The notes: generated by a model not told the origin, from the sequence alone. Positions 46,865-57,328 are shown, numbered from the stretch's first letter. The stretch is 64,000 nucleotides of DNA from Acidobacteriota bacterium (GCA_965263035.1 OZ253580.1:3328001-3392000), one strand, 5' to 3'. A program made the numbers and translations.

Positions 46865-49800
46865 ATGGAAGAGTGGAAGATCCTGGGTGTGGATCCGCTG
46901 CCGGTGGTGGGCCGCCCAGCCGCGGACCTGTCCCACCCCCATCGCTGGATCGAGGTGGAGACGGCGGACCCGGGGGTTCCGTTTCCGTCCGGACTGAGGC
47001 TCGAAACGACGGCGGGAGGCGTGACCCTGAGCTGTCCCGCCGAGCCCTGCCGGGAAGAAGGCAGGCTGTCGTTCCTGGCGGTGGCGAGGGACGTCTCCGG
47101 CACCGCCCGTGCATCGATCCGGCTGCTTGCCGGGGAACGGGTTCTGGCGACGGCCAAATTCGAGACCGGGCCGGTCCCCCTCTTCGAATATCACTTGATG
47201 CCTTCGTCCCATCTCTGTTTCGGATACTTTACCGGCCTTCCCGAGCACTGGGAGGCCTTTCGCTCCCTGCGCGACGCCGTCCGCCTGATCTCGGAGGATG
47301 ACAACTATACCTATAACGTAGAGTTCCTCTATGGACTCAAGAACCTGTTATGGAAGCGCCCGCAGTTGTTGGAGAGGGTGGAACGCTTCATCCGGGAGGG
47401 GAGGCTGGACATCAGCCCCACCTTCACGCCCAGTTACGCCGACTTCTATGAGGGCGAATCCTACATCCGCCAATTCGCCGAAAGCCAGTGGTGGCTCCGC
47501 CGCCGTCTGGGGGCGCAGGGCCGCGTGCTCTACTCCTGTGACAGTCCCGGGTTCGACCCGCAGATGCCTCAGATCCTGGACAAGTGCGGGATTTCCTTCT
47601 TCTGGCGCGGGCGCTACGGGGGCATCTATCCCCGGCCGGCGGGCAGTCCGTTGCTCGACGTCGAGGGCGCGGACGGCACCCTCCATCCCAGCTTCGTTCC
47701 GCAGGAGGGGGTCCTGGCCGGATACACGTCGCCCACCATCTCCGCCCTCTGGCGGACCGACGAACTGCTGGAGGGAAGTTTCGCCTCCCGGAGCCAGGTG
47801 GTGCGCCAGACGGCAGCCTCCATTCGTGCAGTGCTGGCGGCTTGGGGCGCCCCCTACGTCGGTCACGCCGCGGCCCGGGACCAGGCCGAATCCAGACGGG
47901 CCCTGATCGACCGCGTGGCGGCCTGGAACCGCAGCTTCGTCACCCCCCGGGCACGGTTCGATACCCTAAGCCGGTTCTCGGACCAGGTTGCCGCCGACTC
48001 CCGGGTCCGGCGGGACCGCCACCAGGGCTACCTGCCCCACTTCGCGCTCAACGCCCATGGGATGTATCCCATCATGGAGCAGTCCCATCGAGCAGGCTAT
48101 GCCCTGGCGGCGGCCGAGAAGGCCGCCGCTCTGGACTATTGCGTCACCGGCTCCCTCTATCCCCGGGATCTGCTGTCGGCGCTCTGGTCCGACCTGCTCT
48201 TCACCCAGCAGCACGAGCAGATCGGCTGGGCCGGCGACGAGACCATCCAGCACACCCGGGACGTGTTGAGGCGGGTCCAGGGAGCAGCCGACGACGTGGC
48301 GGTCTCGGCCGCTCACCGGATCGCCTCCAAGATCGCCTTCCGGCGGAAGGACACGGCCGTCGTGGTCTTCAACCTGATGAATTGGGAGCGCCGGGACGTG
48401 GTTCGACTGCCGCTTCCCGGCTCGGTCGACACCGACGGGCTGGTACTCACCGATTCCGCCGGTTCCCCGGTGCCTCACGAGCTGGGACCGGAGGGAACGC
48501 TGCGTTTCAGGGGCCGGGTCCCCGCAATGGGATATGAGACCTACTACCTGACCGGGAACGGCAAACCGGAAGAGACCGATTGTCCCCTCAAAACGGGTCG
48601 GTATTCCATCGAAAACGAGTTCTATCGGATCCGGATGAACCCGGCGACCGGTTTCTGCGAGAGCCTCTACGACAAGACGCTGGGAGTCGAGCTGGTGGAC
48701 GGCTCGGCTCCTTTCGGAGCAGGTGAGCTACTCGTCGAGGAGGACAGCGGCCGGAGCTGCATCGACTTCGATCCGAGCGGACGGGAGTATCGCAGCCGCG
48801 ATCATGGAGCGGCGGAAATCCGGGTGGAGGGGGGAGCCGTTTCGGCGAGCATCGAGGTGCGGCGCTCCCTCTTGACTCCGAAGGACGGCCCCGCCTTTTT
48901 CGGAGGCTACTGGAGCCAACGCTGCGTCCTCTACGCGGGCCTGCGGCGCGTGGACTTTTTCTTCCGCTGGCACTGGGACAACCGTCCGATGCACGGGTTG
49001 CGCTGGTTCCTTCCGCTGAACCTGGAAGACCCGGCGATCGCTTTCGACACGCTGTTCGCCACCCAGGAGCACGAACGGCACCTGACCGACCGGCTGGGAG
49101 CGGACGAGGTGTGGTTGGCCGGTGAGAAGGCAAAGGCCGACCGGGACGCCCGCATGACGGGGCGTTTCCTCAGCGTCCGGGACCGCCGGCGCGGCTTCTG
49201 CGTCACCGTCACTCCTCCCAAGAGCATGATGCGGTTCGACCGGGGAGTCCTCTGTGCCCAACTCTCCAGCAACGCCAGCATCTATGCGCCCACCTTCAAC
49301 TTCTTCCCGGGAGAACAGGAGGCTCAGCTTTCACTGACCTCCCACGCCGGGGACTGGAAGAGCAGTATGGACTGGCGGTTCGGGTGGGAGCACCTGGGGG
49401 GATGGAACCGTCTCTTGCCGATCGTTCCGGACCGCCGCTACGACATCCTGCCGGAGAAGGCGAGCCTGATGGCCGTGGGCCCGGACAACGTGGTGCTCTC
49501 GGCGTTGAAGCTGTCCCAGGAAGGAGAGGATCTGGTGGCCCGGGTTTACGAGGCGGAGGGCCGCCCGGTGAACATGACCTGCGAGCTCCTGGCTCCGTTC
49601 GTCACCTTCCGTCCTTACGAATTGGCCCTGCACCGGCGCGGAGGGGCGCCGTTGATCCCCCGCAAATTCGTTCCGCTGCCGGTGATCGAGGCCTGGGAGA
49701 CCAATCTTCTGGAGGACAACCTGAAACGGCTCGACCGGGAGGCGCCGGCCCGCGGGTTGCCCCTGTCCGCCGGTGAGATCAAGACCCTCAGGCTGGTCCT

Positions 49801-49948
49801 TCCCGAAGTCAGGCGCGGAGACGTGAGCGCGGAGTTGGGAGAGCGGACGGTCTACCGGCTCGAAAAGGCGTCTCCCGAACCGGAGGGCAGTGGAGGCGGG
49901 CCGGAAGAACCCATTACCGGCACCTCTCAATATCTGGGGGTCGGATAG
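46865..49948 (+). CDS. GH38 alpha-mannosidase-like protein (divergent)
   Basis: GRLDI, GESYIRQ, CDSPGFDPQMPQIL, VVFN...WER, IENEFY, LSALK..E..L.R.YE, ETNLLE, EIKT. Confidence 0.75.
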   Translation: MEEWKILGVDPLPVVGRPAADLSHPHRWIEVETADPGVPFPSGLRLETTAGGVTLSCPAEPCREEGRLSFLAVARDVSGTARASIRLLAGERVLATAKFETGPVPLFEYHLMPSSHLCFGYFTGLPEHWEAFRSLRDAVRLISEDDNYTYNVEFLYGLKNLLWKRPQLLERVERFIREGRLDISPTFTPSYADFYEGESYIRQFAESQWWLRRRLGAQGRVLYSCDSPGFDPQMPQILDKCGISFFWRGRYGGIYPRPAGSPLLDVEGADGTLHPSFVPQEGVLAGYTSPTISALWRTDELLEGSFASRSQVVRQTAASIRAVLAAWGAPYVGHAAARDQAESRRALIDRVAAWNRSFVTPRARFDTLSRFSDQVAADSRVRRDRHQGYLPHFALNAHGMYPIMEQSHRAGYALAAAEKAAALDYCVTGSLYPRDLLSALWSDLLFTQQHEQIGWAGDETIQHTRDVLRRVQGAADDVAVSAAHRIASKIAFRRKDTAVVVFNLMNWERRDVVRLPLPGSVDTDGLVLTDSAGSPVPHELGPEGTLRFRGRVPAMGYETYYLTGNGKPEETDCPLKTGRYSIENEFYRIRMNPATGFCESLYDKTLGVELVDGSAPFGAGELLVEEDSGRSCIDFDPSGREYRSRDHGAAEIRVEGGAVSASIEVRRSLLTPKDGPAFFGGYWSQRCVLYAGLRRVDFFFRWHWDNRPMHGLRWFLPLNLEDPAIAFDTLFATQEHERHLTDRLGADEVWLAGEKAKADRDARMTGRFLSVRDRRRGFCVTVTPPKSMMRFDRGVLCAQLSSNASIYAPTFNFFPGEQEAQLSLTSHAGDWKSSMDWRFGWEHLGGWNRLLPIVPDRRYDILPEKASLMAVGPDNVVLSALKLSQEGEDLVARVYEAEGRPVNMTCELLAPFVTFRPYELALHRRGGAPLIPRKFVPLPVIEAWETNLLEDNLKRLDREAPARGLPLSAGEIKTLRLVLPEVRRGDVSAELGERTVYRLEKASPEPEGSGGGPEEPITGTSQYLGVG

Positions 49949-49950
49949 GC

Positions 49951-50015
49951 GGGAGCGGCGACTTTCTTGTCGCCGACTGGGAGCGGCGGCTTTCTTGCCG
50001 CCGAACTCCGGAGGA
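49951..50015 (+). repeat. GGAG-type REP doublet, uninterrupted equivalent of the intron target
   Basis: GGGAGCGGCGACTTTCTTGTCGCCGACTGGGAGCGGCGGCTTTCTTGCCGCCGAACTCCGGAGGA. Confidence 0.8.
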
Positions 50016-50034
50016 GTTGCGGGGTAAAACGACT

Positions 50035-52512
50035 ATGGGACCTGGGAGTTTTAGATTCGGTGCTTGCCGCGCAGCGGCTCTCCTCGTCCTGATGGGCCTT
50101 GGGGACTCTCCCGTCTCCGGGGAGGACCATGCCCGGCTCCTGAGGGAACGGAGCGTCCATGTCTTGCGCCAAGCGCTGGAGGAAGAGAAAGGATGGGTCC
50201 GGATACGGGCCGCCGAAGCCCTGCTCTGGAACAACTACGGCAAGGGGGTGAAGGAGGTTTTCTCCCGCGAGGCGGTGGAGCCCGGTTCGACCCATGAGAT
50301 CGGCGTCTGGCAGATTCTGGCTCAGGCGACGCTCCGAAAGAGCCAACATGATTTGGAGCGGCAGCAGTACGAGGACCGGATCCTCCAAGCCTTCCTGTCG
50401 AGTAAAGACGAACGGGGAAGCCGGGCGGCGGAGGCCCTGGTCAAGCTGGGCTTCGCAGACCGGCCGAAGGAGTTGCTCCGGTTGGCTCGGGAGGGTCGGG
50501 GAGTCCGGCAAGTAGACGCCCTCTGGCTGCTGGCGGCTCCCGGGCAGGACGAGGAGCACGCGGCGCTCGCGTCGCGGTTGGATTCTCCTGACCCCGCTGT
50601 CCGCGCTCGGGCCGCATACGCAATCCGCCGCTTGGAGAGCATCGGTCCTGAGATTCGCGCCGGTCTGGAGCGGACCCTGTCCAACGAGGCCGCCGGTTCA
50701 AGTGCCCGGGTCTACCTCCTGAGCGCGCTTTATGTGCACGGCGGCGAGGAAGCCGGCCCGCCGGGCCGGTCCGAACTGCTCGCCTACGTCAGAAACGGCA
50801 CTCGGGAACAACGGTTGGAGGCCATCGAGACCCTGGCTCAGGCTGGACACAAGGACCAGGTCCCGCTGTTGGAACCGCTTCCGGTTCGCCAGGGGACCGC
50901 ACCGGAGATCCGTGTCGCCGCCGCCAATGCGCTGCTCAGGATCGAGCGGAGGGACTTCCGGGGCCTGGGGTGGGTGGACTGGCTCGTGGTCGCCGTCTAC
51001 GGCGCCTTCATGCTGGGCGTGGGTTGGTACTACTCTCGCCGCCAGACCAACACCGAGGAGTATTTCCTGGGCAGCCGCAGCCTGGGTTCGTTCGTCATCG
51101 GGATTTCGCTCTACGCCACGCTGCTGAGCACGATTTCCTATCTGGCGGTTCCCGGGGAGCTGGTCAAGCACGGGCCGGGCATCCTGGTCTGGGGACTGTT
51201 GGGGACACCGCTGATCATCGTCTGTTGCGGTTTCTTCCTCATACCCGTTTTCATGAAGCTCCCCATCACCAGCGCCTACGAGCTTCTGGAGGGCCGTCTG
51301 GGAATCGGGGTCCGGCTGACGGCGGCGGTGATCTTCATCCTGACGCGCCTGGTCTGGATGGCTCTGCTCATCTATCTGGCGGCCAAGGCCGTAGTGGTCA
51401 TGGTGGGTTGGCCCGAGTCGACGACGCCGATGGTGGTGATGGTAGCCGGGGCGGTCGCGGTGCTCTACACCGCCCTCGGGGGTCTGCGGGCCGTCGTGAT
51501 CACGGACGTCATTCAGTTCGTCATCCTCTTTGCCGGAGGCCTGATCACGATGGCGATGGTCACCATGGACATCGGTCTCGGGGGTTGGATCCCGACTTCC
51601 TGGGCGCCCCATTGGGACCAAGTCCCGGTTTTTGACTGGAACCCGACCGTCCGAGTGACGGTGATCGGGTCGATCCTCTCCGGGGCGGTGTGGACCATCT
51701 TCACCTACGGATCGGATCAGGTGGCCATTCAGCGTTACTTGGCGACGCAGGACACCAAGGCCGCCCGGCGCGCCCTGTACATCAACATCGGAGCCGGCGT
51801 CGCCGTCTCCGTGCTGCTCGCGGGGCTGGGCTTCTCGGTCCTGGGTTTCTTCCAGACCCATCCCCACGCCATCGCCGACGGCAAGGACCTGCTGGCGGAC
51901 GCCGATTTTCTGTTTCCCCACTTCATCGCCAACTATCTGCCGCACGGGCTGGCCGGCCTGGTCATCGCGGCCATGTTCGCCGCCGCCATGTCGAGCCTGG
52001 ACTCGGGCATCAATTCCATCGTGACCGTCTTCCACGTCGATTTCCTGGGCCGTTTCCGGCGGCGGAAACTGCGGAAGGAACACAGCCTCAAACTGGCCCG
52101 GGCCCTGGTGCTGGGCATCGGTATCGCCGTGGTCCTCCTCAGTGCGCCGGTGGGCAACGTCCCCGGCAACATCACCGAGGTGACGAACAAGACCAACGGG
52201 CTGTTCGTCGCTCCCCTGTTCGGACTTTTCTTCATGTGCTTGTTCGTACCGTTCTCGACTCCGTTCGGCGCCATCGTGGGAGCCGCCTACGGTTTTTCCT
52301 TCGCCTTCCTGTGGGCCTTCTGGGACCTGTTGACCGGCGGCCCGAGTCTCAGCTTCCAATGGATCTATCTGCTTCCATTCCTGGTCCACGTACTGGTGGG
52401 TTCGGCAGCGAGTCTGCTGCCGACGCGAGGCCGATCCTGGCGGTTCCTCCTTCCCTGCAGTCTTGCGGCCATGGCTCCGATCGCGATCGTCTTCCTGCTG
52501 TTGAGTTCCTGA
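50035..52512 (+). CDS. Sodium:solute symporter (SSS) with N-terminal HEAT-repeat domain
   Basis: VRIRAAEAL / VRARAAYAI / IRVAAANAL repeats; then EEYFLGSR, SAYELLEGR, GGLRAVVITDVIQ, DQVAIQRY, AAAMSSLDSGINS. Confidence 0.88.
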   Translation: MGPGSFRFGACRAAALLVLMGLGDSPVSGEDHARLLRERSVHVLRQALEEEKGWVRIRAAEALLWNNYGKGVKEVFSREAVEPGSTHEIGVWQILAQATLRKSQHDLERQQYEDRILQAFLSSKDERGSRAAEALVKLGFADRPKELLRLAREGRGVRQVDALWLLAAPGQDEEHAALASRLDSPDPAVRARAAYAIRRLESIGPEIRAGLERTLSNEAAGSSARVYLLSALYVHGGEEAGPPGRSELLAYVRNGTREQRLEAIETLAQAGHKDQVPLLEPLPVRQGTAPEIRVAAANALLRIERRDFRGLGWVDWLVVAVYGAFMLGVGWYYSRRQTNTEEYFLGSRSLGSFVIGISLYATLLSTISYLAVPGELVKHGPGILVWGLLGTPLIIVCCGFFLIPVFMKLPITSAYELLEGRLGIGVRLTAAVIFILTRLVWMALLIYLAAKAVVVMVGWPESTTPMVVMVAGAVAVLYTALGGLRAVVITDVIQFVILFAGGLITMAMVTMDIGLGGWIPTSWAPHWDQVPVFDWNPTVRVTVIGSILSGAVWTIFTYGSDQVAIQRYLATQDTKAARRALYINIGAGVAVSVLLAGLGFSVLGFFQTHPHAIADGKDLLADADFLFPHFIANYLPHGLAGLVIAAMFAAAMSSLDSGINSIVTVFHVDFLGRFRRRKLRKEHSLKLARALVLGIGIAVVLLSAPVGNVPGNITEVTNKTNGLFVAPLFGLFFMCLFVPFSTPFGAIVGAAYGFSFAFLWAFWDLLTGGPSLSFQWIYLLPFLVHVLVGSAASLLPTRGRSWRFLLPCSLAAMAPIAIVFLLLSS

Positions 52513-52677
52513 TTCTGGGAGTCCGTAGTGACCCTTGCCGTAGACGGATCTGAAACCGAAAGGGAAACTTTGGTTCCGCGTGACGGAAATGGAAGGCGGG
52601 GTGTAGCTATCGGCGGCCGGGAATCGGGGTTGGTACGGTCCCATCACCCCCGGTCAATTTGCATTTTCCATTTATCT

Positions 52678-52696
52678 TGTATGACAACGTCATTCA
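52678..52696. promoter_or_regulatory. Putative DinJ autoregulatory operator palindrome
   Basis: TGTATGAC-AAC-GTCATTCA, about 20 nt upstream of dinJ. Confidence 0.45.
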
Positions 52697-52718
52697 CACA
52701 ACCAAAGGAGAATCGACC

Positions 52719-52982
52719 ATGGCTGCGAATCGACTCGTCCAAGCCCGCATCGACGGGGCCGTGAAGGAAGAAGCGGCCGCCGTGCTGGCCGCAATGGGCC
52801 TGACTGTGTCCGATGCCGTGCGGCTGCTGCTGACAAGGGTTGCGCGGGAAAAGGCCCTGCCGTTCGCGCCACTGATCCCAAACGCGGTCACCATCAAGGC
52901 GATGAAGGAGGCCCGAAAGGGTGGCCTTCCGCAGTTCGACAGCGTCCAGGACCTCATGGACGATCTGCGTGCGCAAGATTGA
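52719..52982 (+). CDS. dinJ: RelB/DinJ family antitoxin
   Basis: AAGGAG RBS; VQARID..VKEEA..VL..MGLTVSDAVR..EKALPF..PN. Confidence 0.9.
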   Translation: MAANRLVQARIDGAVKEEAAAVLAAMGLTVSDAVRLLLTRVAREKALPFAPLIPNAVTIKAMKEARKGGLPQFDSVQDLMDDLRAQD

Positions 52983-53103
52983 GCGCACGAGCCAGTTCAA
53001 GCGCGATTACAAGCGGGAGGCCAGGGGCCGGCACCGAACGTCACCCGACGCCGACACGTTGCGGCTTGTTCGTCTCGGGTCGCATTCGGAATTCGCGCTT
53101 TGA
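52969..53103 (+). pseudogene. yafQ: Internally deleted YafQ toxin (44 aa)
   Basis: N-terminal MRKIERTSQFKRDYKRE fused directly to C-terminal PDADTLRLVRLGSHSE. Confidence 0.8.
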
Positions 53104-53236
53104 CTTCCTCGACAGCCAACGGTATCACTTCACCCGCTTCGATCAGGCAGTGTGAATCCGCCCACTCCTGGTAGGGCCTCTCCAGGAGTCAGAACTTGCC
53201 GGCGAGTTCGCCTTTTTCACCGGCGTAGCGTCATAC

Positions 53237-53391
53237 CAGCCCGTGGCAAGAGTCGTCATGGCCGACCGTCCCTGCATCCCGGCGGACTGCGTTGCGATTC
53301 GGTCACATACTCCCGGTATGCTCCCTCATCGCGCCTTGTCCGGCGGGCGTAGGAACGGTCTCGGTGCTCGCGGGACTTTCACCACGGACTG
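53237..53391 (+). mobile_element. Second copy of the ~160-bp MITE
   Basis: CAGCCCGTGGCAAGAGTCG ... GGACTTTCACCACGGACTG; internal sequence closely matches 44613-44773 in inverted orientation. Confidence 0.8.
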
Positions 53392-53455
53392 TCAACCTTT
53401 GAGCAGGTGGCTATGTGAAGTATGGGATGCGGGGTCCGGACCGGAGAGTCTCCGG

Positions 53456-56233
53456 TTACTCGGATCGCAACTCGATGCTCACCCGGTCCAGGATCGGGTA
53501 GCTGTCTCCGTTTTCGGACTCGAAGACGGCCTGGTACTGGAGGACACGGTCTCCGCTCTCCAGTAGAAAGCGGTCCCCCCTCACTCGGCGCCAGGGCTGC
53601 TGCTCCAGTCCGGACGGATCGGCTCCGGAACGGAGGCGGAAGGTCAACCGGCTGTGGGCCGGCGTTTCGGCTGCGGCCGTGAGCCGGCCTCTGACGCGGT
53701 CGCCGTCCCAGTGAAACAGGGACGACTCGTAGGTCTGGCGCCAGCTCCGGTCGTAGATGTGGCCGACGTCGGTCAGATAGATGGTGTGTCCGCCCAGGGT
53801 CGGGAGCCCCACCGTCCTGGGTGCGGTGAAGCGATTCCCGTCGTTGTAGAATACCTTGGAGTCGATGCGGTGGTCCCCGTGGCGCGTGTGGCAGACGACC
53901 GCCAGGTCGAGAAGACCGTCCTGATCGAAATCTCCGGCCATGGCGTCACTGGCGCTGTCGCATACGAGCCGGGTCTTGTTCTCGGGGCGCAGGCCCTCCC
54001 GGCTCCCCCAGAACAGGTAGGAGGGCATGGACTCGCGGACCCCGGTGCCGTGATAGGAGGGCGCGAACAGGTCCAGGAAGCCGTCCCGGTCGAAGTCGGC
54101 CACCGCCGGGGCCAGCTGGCCCATGCCGGGCAGCCACTGGGCGTTCCAGGGAGTGAAGCCCTCCTCCGATCCCCAGAAGATGAAGACCCCGACGTCGAAG
54201 AAGCCGGTGGTGGGATCGGCGTAGCCGCCCACGATCAGGTCCAGGTGTCCATCGGCGTTGAGATCAGCAGTTTCCTGGTTGCCCGCCCAAGGCACGTACC
54301 CGATGGGGTCCAGTTCGCGGCTCGGGCCATCGGGGCCGCCCCACAAGATGCCCACCTCTCCGTTCGACGAGCTTCCCGACAGGTCCAACCAGCCGTCCCG
54401 GTTGAAGTCGGCCAGGGTCAGCACCGAGGGGAGGACCAGGCGCCGGGTCCGGCGGTAGCCGGTCGCAGAGCCGTAGTAGATGATGGTTTGGGCGGGATCG
54501 AATCCGTTCAGGACCAGGTCCAGGTAACCGTCCCGGTCCAGGTCGGCGACGTTGCCGGACGAGAGATGGTTCTCCGAGAGGATGGTTCGGTGTTCTTCCA
54601 GGTCGAATCCCCGGGGCGTGCCCCAGAAGATGTGGGCTCCCACGTCGGGGTCGACCTGACCGCCGTGTCCCGAGTTCATGGCCACCAAATCGGTGAAGCC
54701 GTCCGCGTTCAGATCGGCGCCGACGGCTCCGTAACCGCCGCTGAAGGGGATGGCCCAGCGACGTTCCGGGTCGAAGCCGCCCTTGGCGCCCCAGTAGACG
54801 TAAAGAGGAACCCGCTCGTCCAGGGCGCCGCCCTGGCTGTTGCAGACGACGACCCGGGCCGGCAAGTCTCCCTCCGCCGGGACCGCCAGGACGCCGGAGG
54901 CTCCGGAGGAGGGGATTCCACGGCTCGCCCGTTGAAAGGAGCGGTCCTGGTTTCCGAAGAAGACCGCGGACTCGGCGCTGAAGCTCGACGGACCCTGGTA
55001 GACGGCTGCCGCCAGATCGGCCCTCCCGTCGCCATCCAGATCACCGATGGCCGAGGCCGAAGGGTGATCCACCGCCAGACTCAGTGAGCGGGCGGGGTCG
55101 TAGTTTCCCGCTTCTCCCCAGAGGACCCGAATCCTGCCGGGACGATCGGCCGCACCCCGCTCGCCACCCGACGCATGCCGGAGGCCGAACTTCGTCAGCG
55201 CCAGGTCGGCGTGTCCATCCCCGTCCAGATCGCCGATGGAGACGTGGGAAGCCGGGGTGGCCCGTCCTCGGACTGGCTGGTTCCAGTTGCGCCGGGCGCC
55301 GGCGGTGACGGTGTAGAGGGTTCCCTGTGAGGTACCCGCCACCAGGTCGGCCAGTCCGTCCCCATCCACGTCCCCGGCTGCCAGGCAGGCGGCCTGGGGG
55401 CCGGACAGAGAGATGCCGGTGGAATTCAAGCTCACCGGCGCGGCTGAAGGCACCAGAGAAGCCCAGAAGACCCGGATCTCGTTTTCGGCGGTCAGCACCG
55501 CGACGTCCCGGGCTCCGTCGGCGTCGAAGTCGGCCGCCTTCATGTCGACCGAGACGGGGAGCTCGTGGACTTGACGCCGCCCCAGGTAGAAGCCCAGCCG
55601 ACTGCCCCAGAACACCTTCATCACCATGCTCTCGACCGGTTTCCCGCCCGGCTGTCTCCGGGGCGCCTGGGCCAGGACCACGATGTCGGGCCACCCGTCG
55701 CGGTTCAGATCGGCGATGGCCACGGCTCGCGGGTCCCACGCCGGCAGGACGCCGCTGATCCGGTTGGAGCTCCAGCCTTCCGCGGCCCCCCAGGCGATGG
55801 AGATGAATCTGCGGGGGTGTTGAATGCCGTCGGGGTTGGGACAGAAGACCAGGTCGGTGAAACCGTCCCGGTTCAGGTCTCCCGCAACCGCCCCGAGACT
55901 CCCCAGAACCGCCAGCGTAGAGTGGGTGAGCGTCCGGGCGGCATCGAAGCCGGCCCAGGTCGCATCGACGTAGGTGATGCTGTCATGCGTATTGTTGAAG
56001 ATCAGATCCAGGTAGCCGTCCTGATTCAGATCGAAGCGATGGACGGTGCGCACGGTTCCGTTGCGAGACACGTAGAGGTTCTGGCCGGAAGCGTCCAGCC
56101 GCCCGTCGGCAAAGTCCTCGAAGCTGTCTTCGTTCCAGCTTTGAGCCCTCGTCGCGGGGAAACCCGCGCCCAACCAGAGGGCCATTAGAAAGAAGATCAG
56201 GGAAGTCCTGTGACCTGAAATCTGCATTGTCAA
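53456..56233 (-). CDS. Secreted FG-GAP/VCBS-repeat protein
   Basis: Signal peptide; many DLNxDGxxDL repeats alternating with (I/V)xWG motifs. Confidence 0.85.
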   Translation of the reverse strand: MTMQISGHRTSLIFFLMALWLGAGFPATRAQSWNEDSFEDFADGRLDASGQNLYVSRNGTVRTVHRFDLNQDGYLDLIFNNTHDSITYVDATWAGFDAARTLTHSTLAVLGSLGAVAGDLNRDGFTDLVFCPNPDGIQHPRRFISIAWGAAEGWSSNRISGVLPAWDPRAVAIADLNRDGWPDIVVLAQAPRRQPGGKPVESMVMKVFWGSRLGFYLGRRQVHELPVSVDMKAADFDADGARDVAVLTAENEIRVFWASLVPSAAPVSLNSTGISLSGPQAACLAAGDVDGDGLADLVAGTSQGTLYTVTAGARRNWNQPVRGRATPASHVSIGDLDGDGHADLALTKFGLRHASGGERGAADRPGRIRVLWGEAGNYDPARSLSLAVDHPSASAIGDLDGDGRADLAAAVYQGPSSFSAESAVFFGNQDRSFQRASRGIPSSGASGVLAVPAEGDLPARVVVCNSQGGALDERVPLYVYWGAKGGFDPERRWAIPFSGGYGAVGADLNADGFTDLVAMNSGHGGQVDPDVGAHIFWGTPRGFDLEEHRTILSENHLSSGNVADLDRDGYLDLVLNGFDPAQTIIYYGSATGYRRTRRLVLPSVLTLADFNRDGWLDLSGSSSNGEVGILWGGPDGPSRELDPIGYVPWAGNQETADLNADGHLDLIVGGYADPTTGFFDVGVFIFWGSEEGFTPWNAQWLPGMGQLAPAVADFDRDGFLDLFAPSYHGTGVRESMPSYLFWGSREGLRPENKTRLVCDSASDAMAGDFDQDGLLDLAVVCHTRHGDHRIDSKVFYNDGNRFTAPRTVGLPTLGGHTIYLTDVGHIYDRSWRQTYESSLFHWDGDRVRGRLTAAAETPAHSRLTFRLRSGADPSGLEQQPWRRVRGDRFLLESGDRVLQYQAVFESENGDSYPILDRVSIELRSE

Positions 56234-56359
56234 TCTCCTATCCCGAGTCGGATCCGGTTCGCGCGGAAGATTTCGCCTCGACGGACGAGGGCGCAGTGCC
56301 CTTCCGCTGGGCCTCGACCGAGGGGAACAACCCGCCGGGGAGCCAAGGTCCGGAAGTCC

Positions 56360-57136
56360 CTACTCCGGGAGGGGCAGCTTGCTCATCATTCCGCCGTCGA
56401 CGTTGATGGCGGTCCCCGTGACGTATGCGGAGAGAGGGGAGGCCAGAAAGAGGGCCACGTTGGCGATGTCCTCCGGCAGTCCCACCCGCCCCAGGGGCAG
56501 GGAGGCCACCAGCCTCTCCATGTAGGCGTCCCGATCCTCATTGCTGGTGAAGGAGCGGTCCAGCATGGGGGTCTGGATGCAACCGGGACAGATGGCGTTG
56601 ACCCGGATGTCGTACTTGCCCAGGTCGCGGGCCATGTCTCGTGTCATGGCCAGGATGCCCCCCTTGGCGGCGGCGTAGGGTGCAATCTGTCCAGTAGTGG
56701 CCAGGGCCTGCACCGAGGCGGTGTTGACGATGCTGCCGCCCCCGTTCCGGATCATGGAGGGAATGGCCCTCCGGCTGCAGAAGAACACACTCTTCAGGTT
56801 GACGGCGATCTGGCGGTCGAACTCCTGGTCCGTAAATTCCAGGAATTCCTGGTAGTGCTCGATGCCGGCGACGTTCACCAGGACGTCGACGGTCCCGAAG
56901 TCGGCCAGGATCTTTTCGAAAGCGGCGTCGGTGCTGCTCTCCTCGCCGACGTCGGCCTGAACCGCCAGTGCTTCTCCCCCGCACTGCCGGATCTCACGGG
57001 CCGTCTCGCGAGCCGTGTCGAAGTTGATATCGACCGCCGCCACCCTGGCGCCATGCTCGGCGAACTTCATGGCGCCCCCCCGGCCGATGCCGGCGCCGGC
57101 CCCGGTGACGACTGCCGTCTTGCCGCTCATGTTCAT
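56360..57136 (-). CDS. Short-chain dehydrogenase/reductase
   Basis: TGAGAGIG, NVAG, YAAAK, VNAICPG, VDGG. Confidence 0.93.
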   Translation of the reverse strand: MNMSGKTAVVTGAGAGIGRGGAMKFAEHGARVAAVDINFDTARETAREIRQCGGEALAVQADVGEESSTDAAFEKILADFGTVDVLVNVAGIEHYQEFLEFTDQEFDRQIAVNLKSVFFCSRRAIPSMIRNGGGSIVNTASVQALATTGQIAPYAAAKGGILAMTRDMARDLGKYDIRVNAICPGCIQTPMLDRSFTSNEDRDAYMERLVASLPLGRVGLPEDIANVALFLASPLSAYVTGTAINVDGGMMSKLPLPE

Positions 57137-57328
57137 CCGATTCCGTCCTCCTTCTTCCCGAGACTCGGCTCCCTGAGCGGCCCATGCGAGCGCCTGCGGA
57201 GATACGCCGGCGACGTTCCGGACTGGCCGGGCGGGAGTGAAAGTGTCCTGTATTCGGAGATGCTACCCGGCGAATATTTCTCTGTCCATTTCCGGCAACC
57301 GGTGCAGCCACGGGTGTTCTCACGTAAA

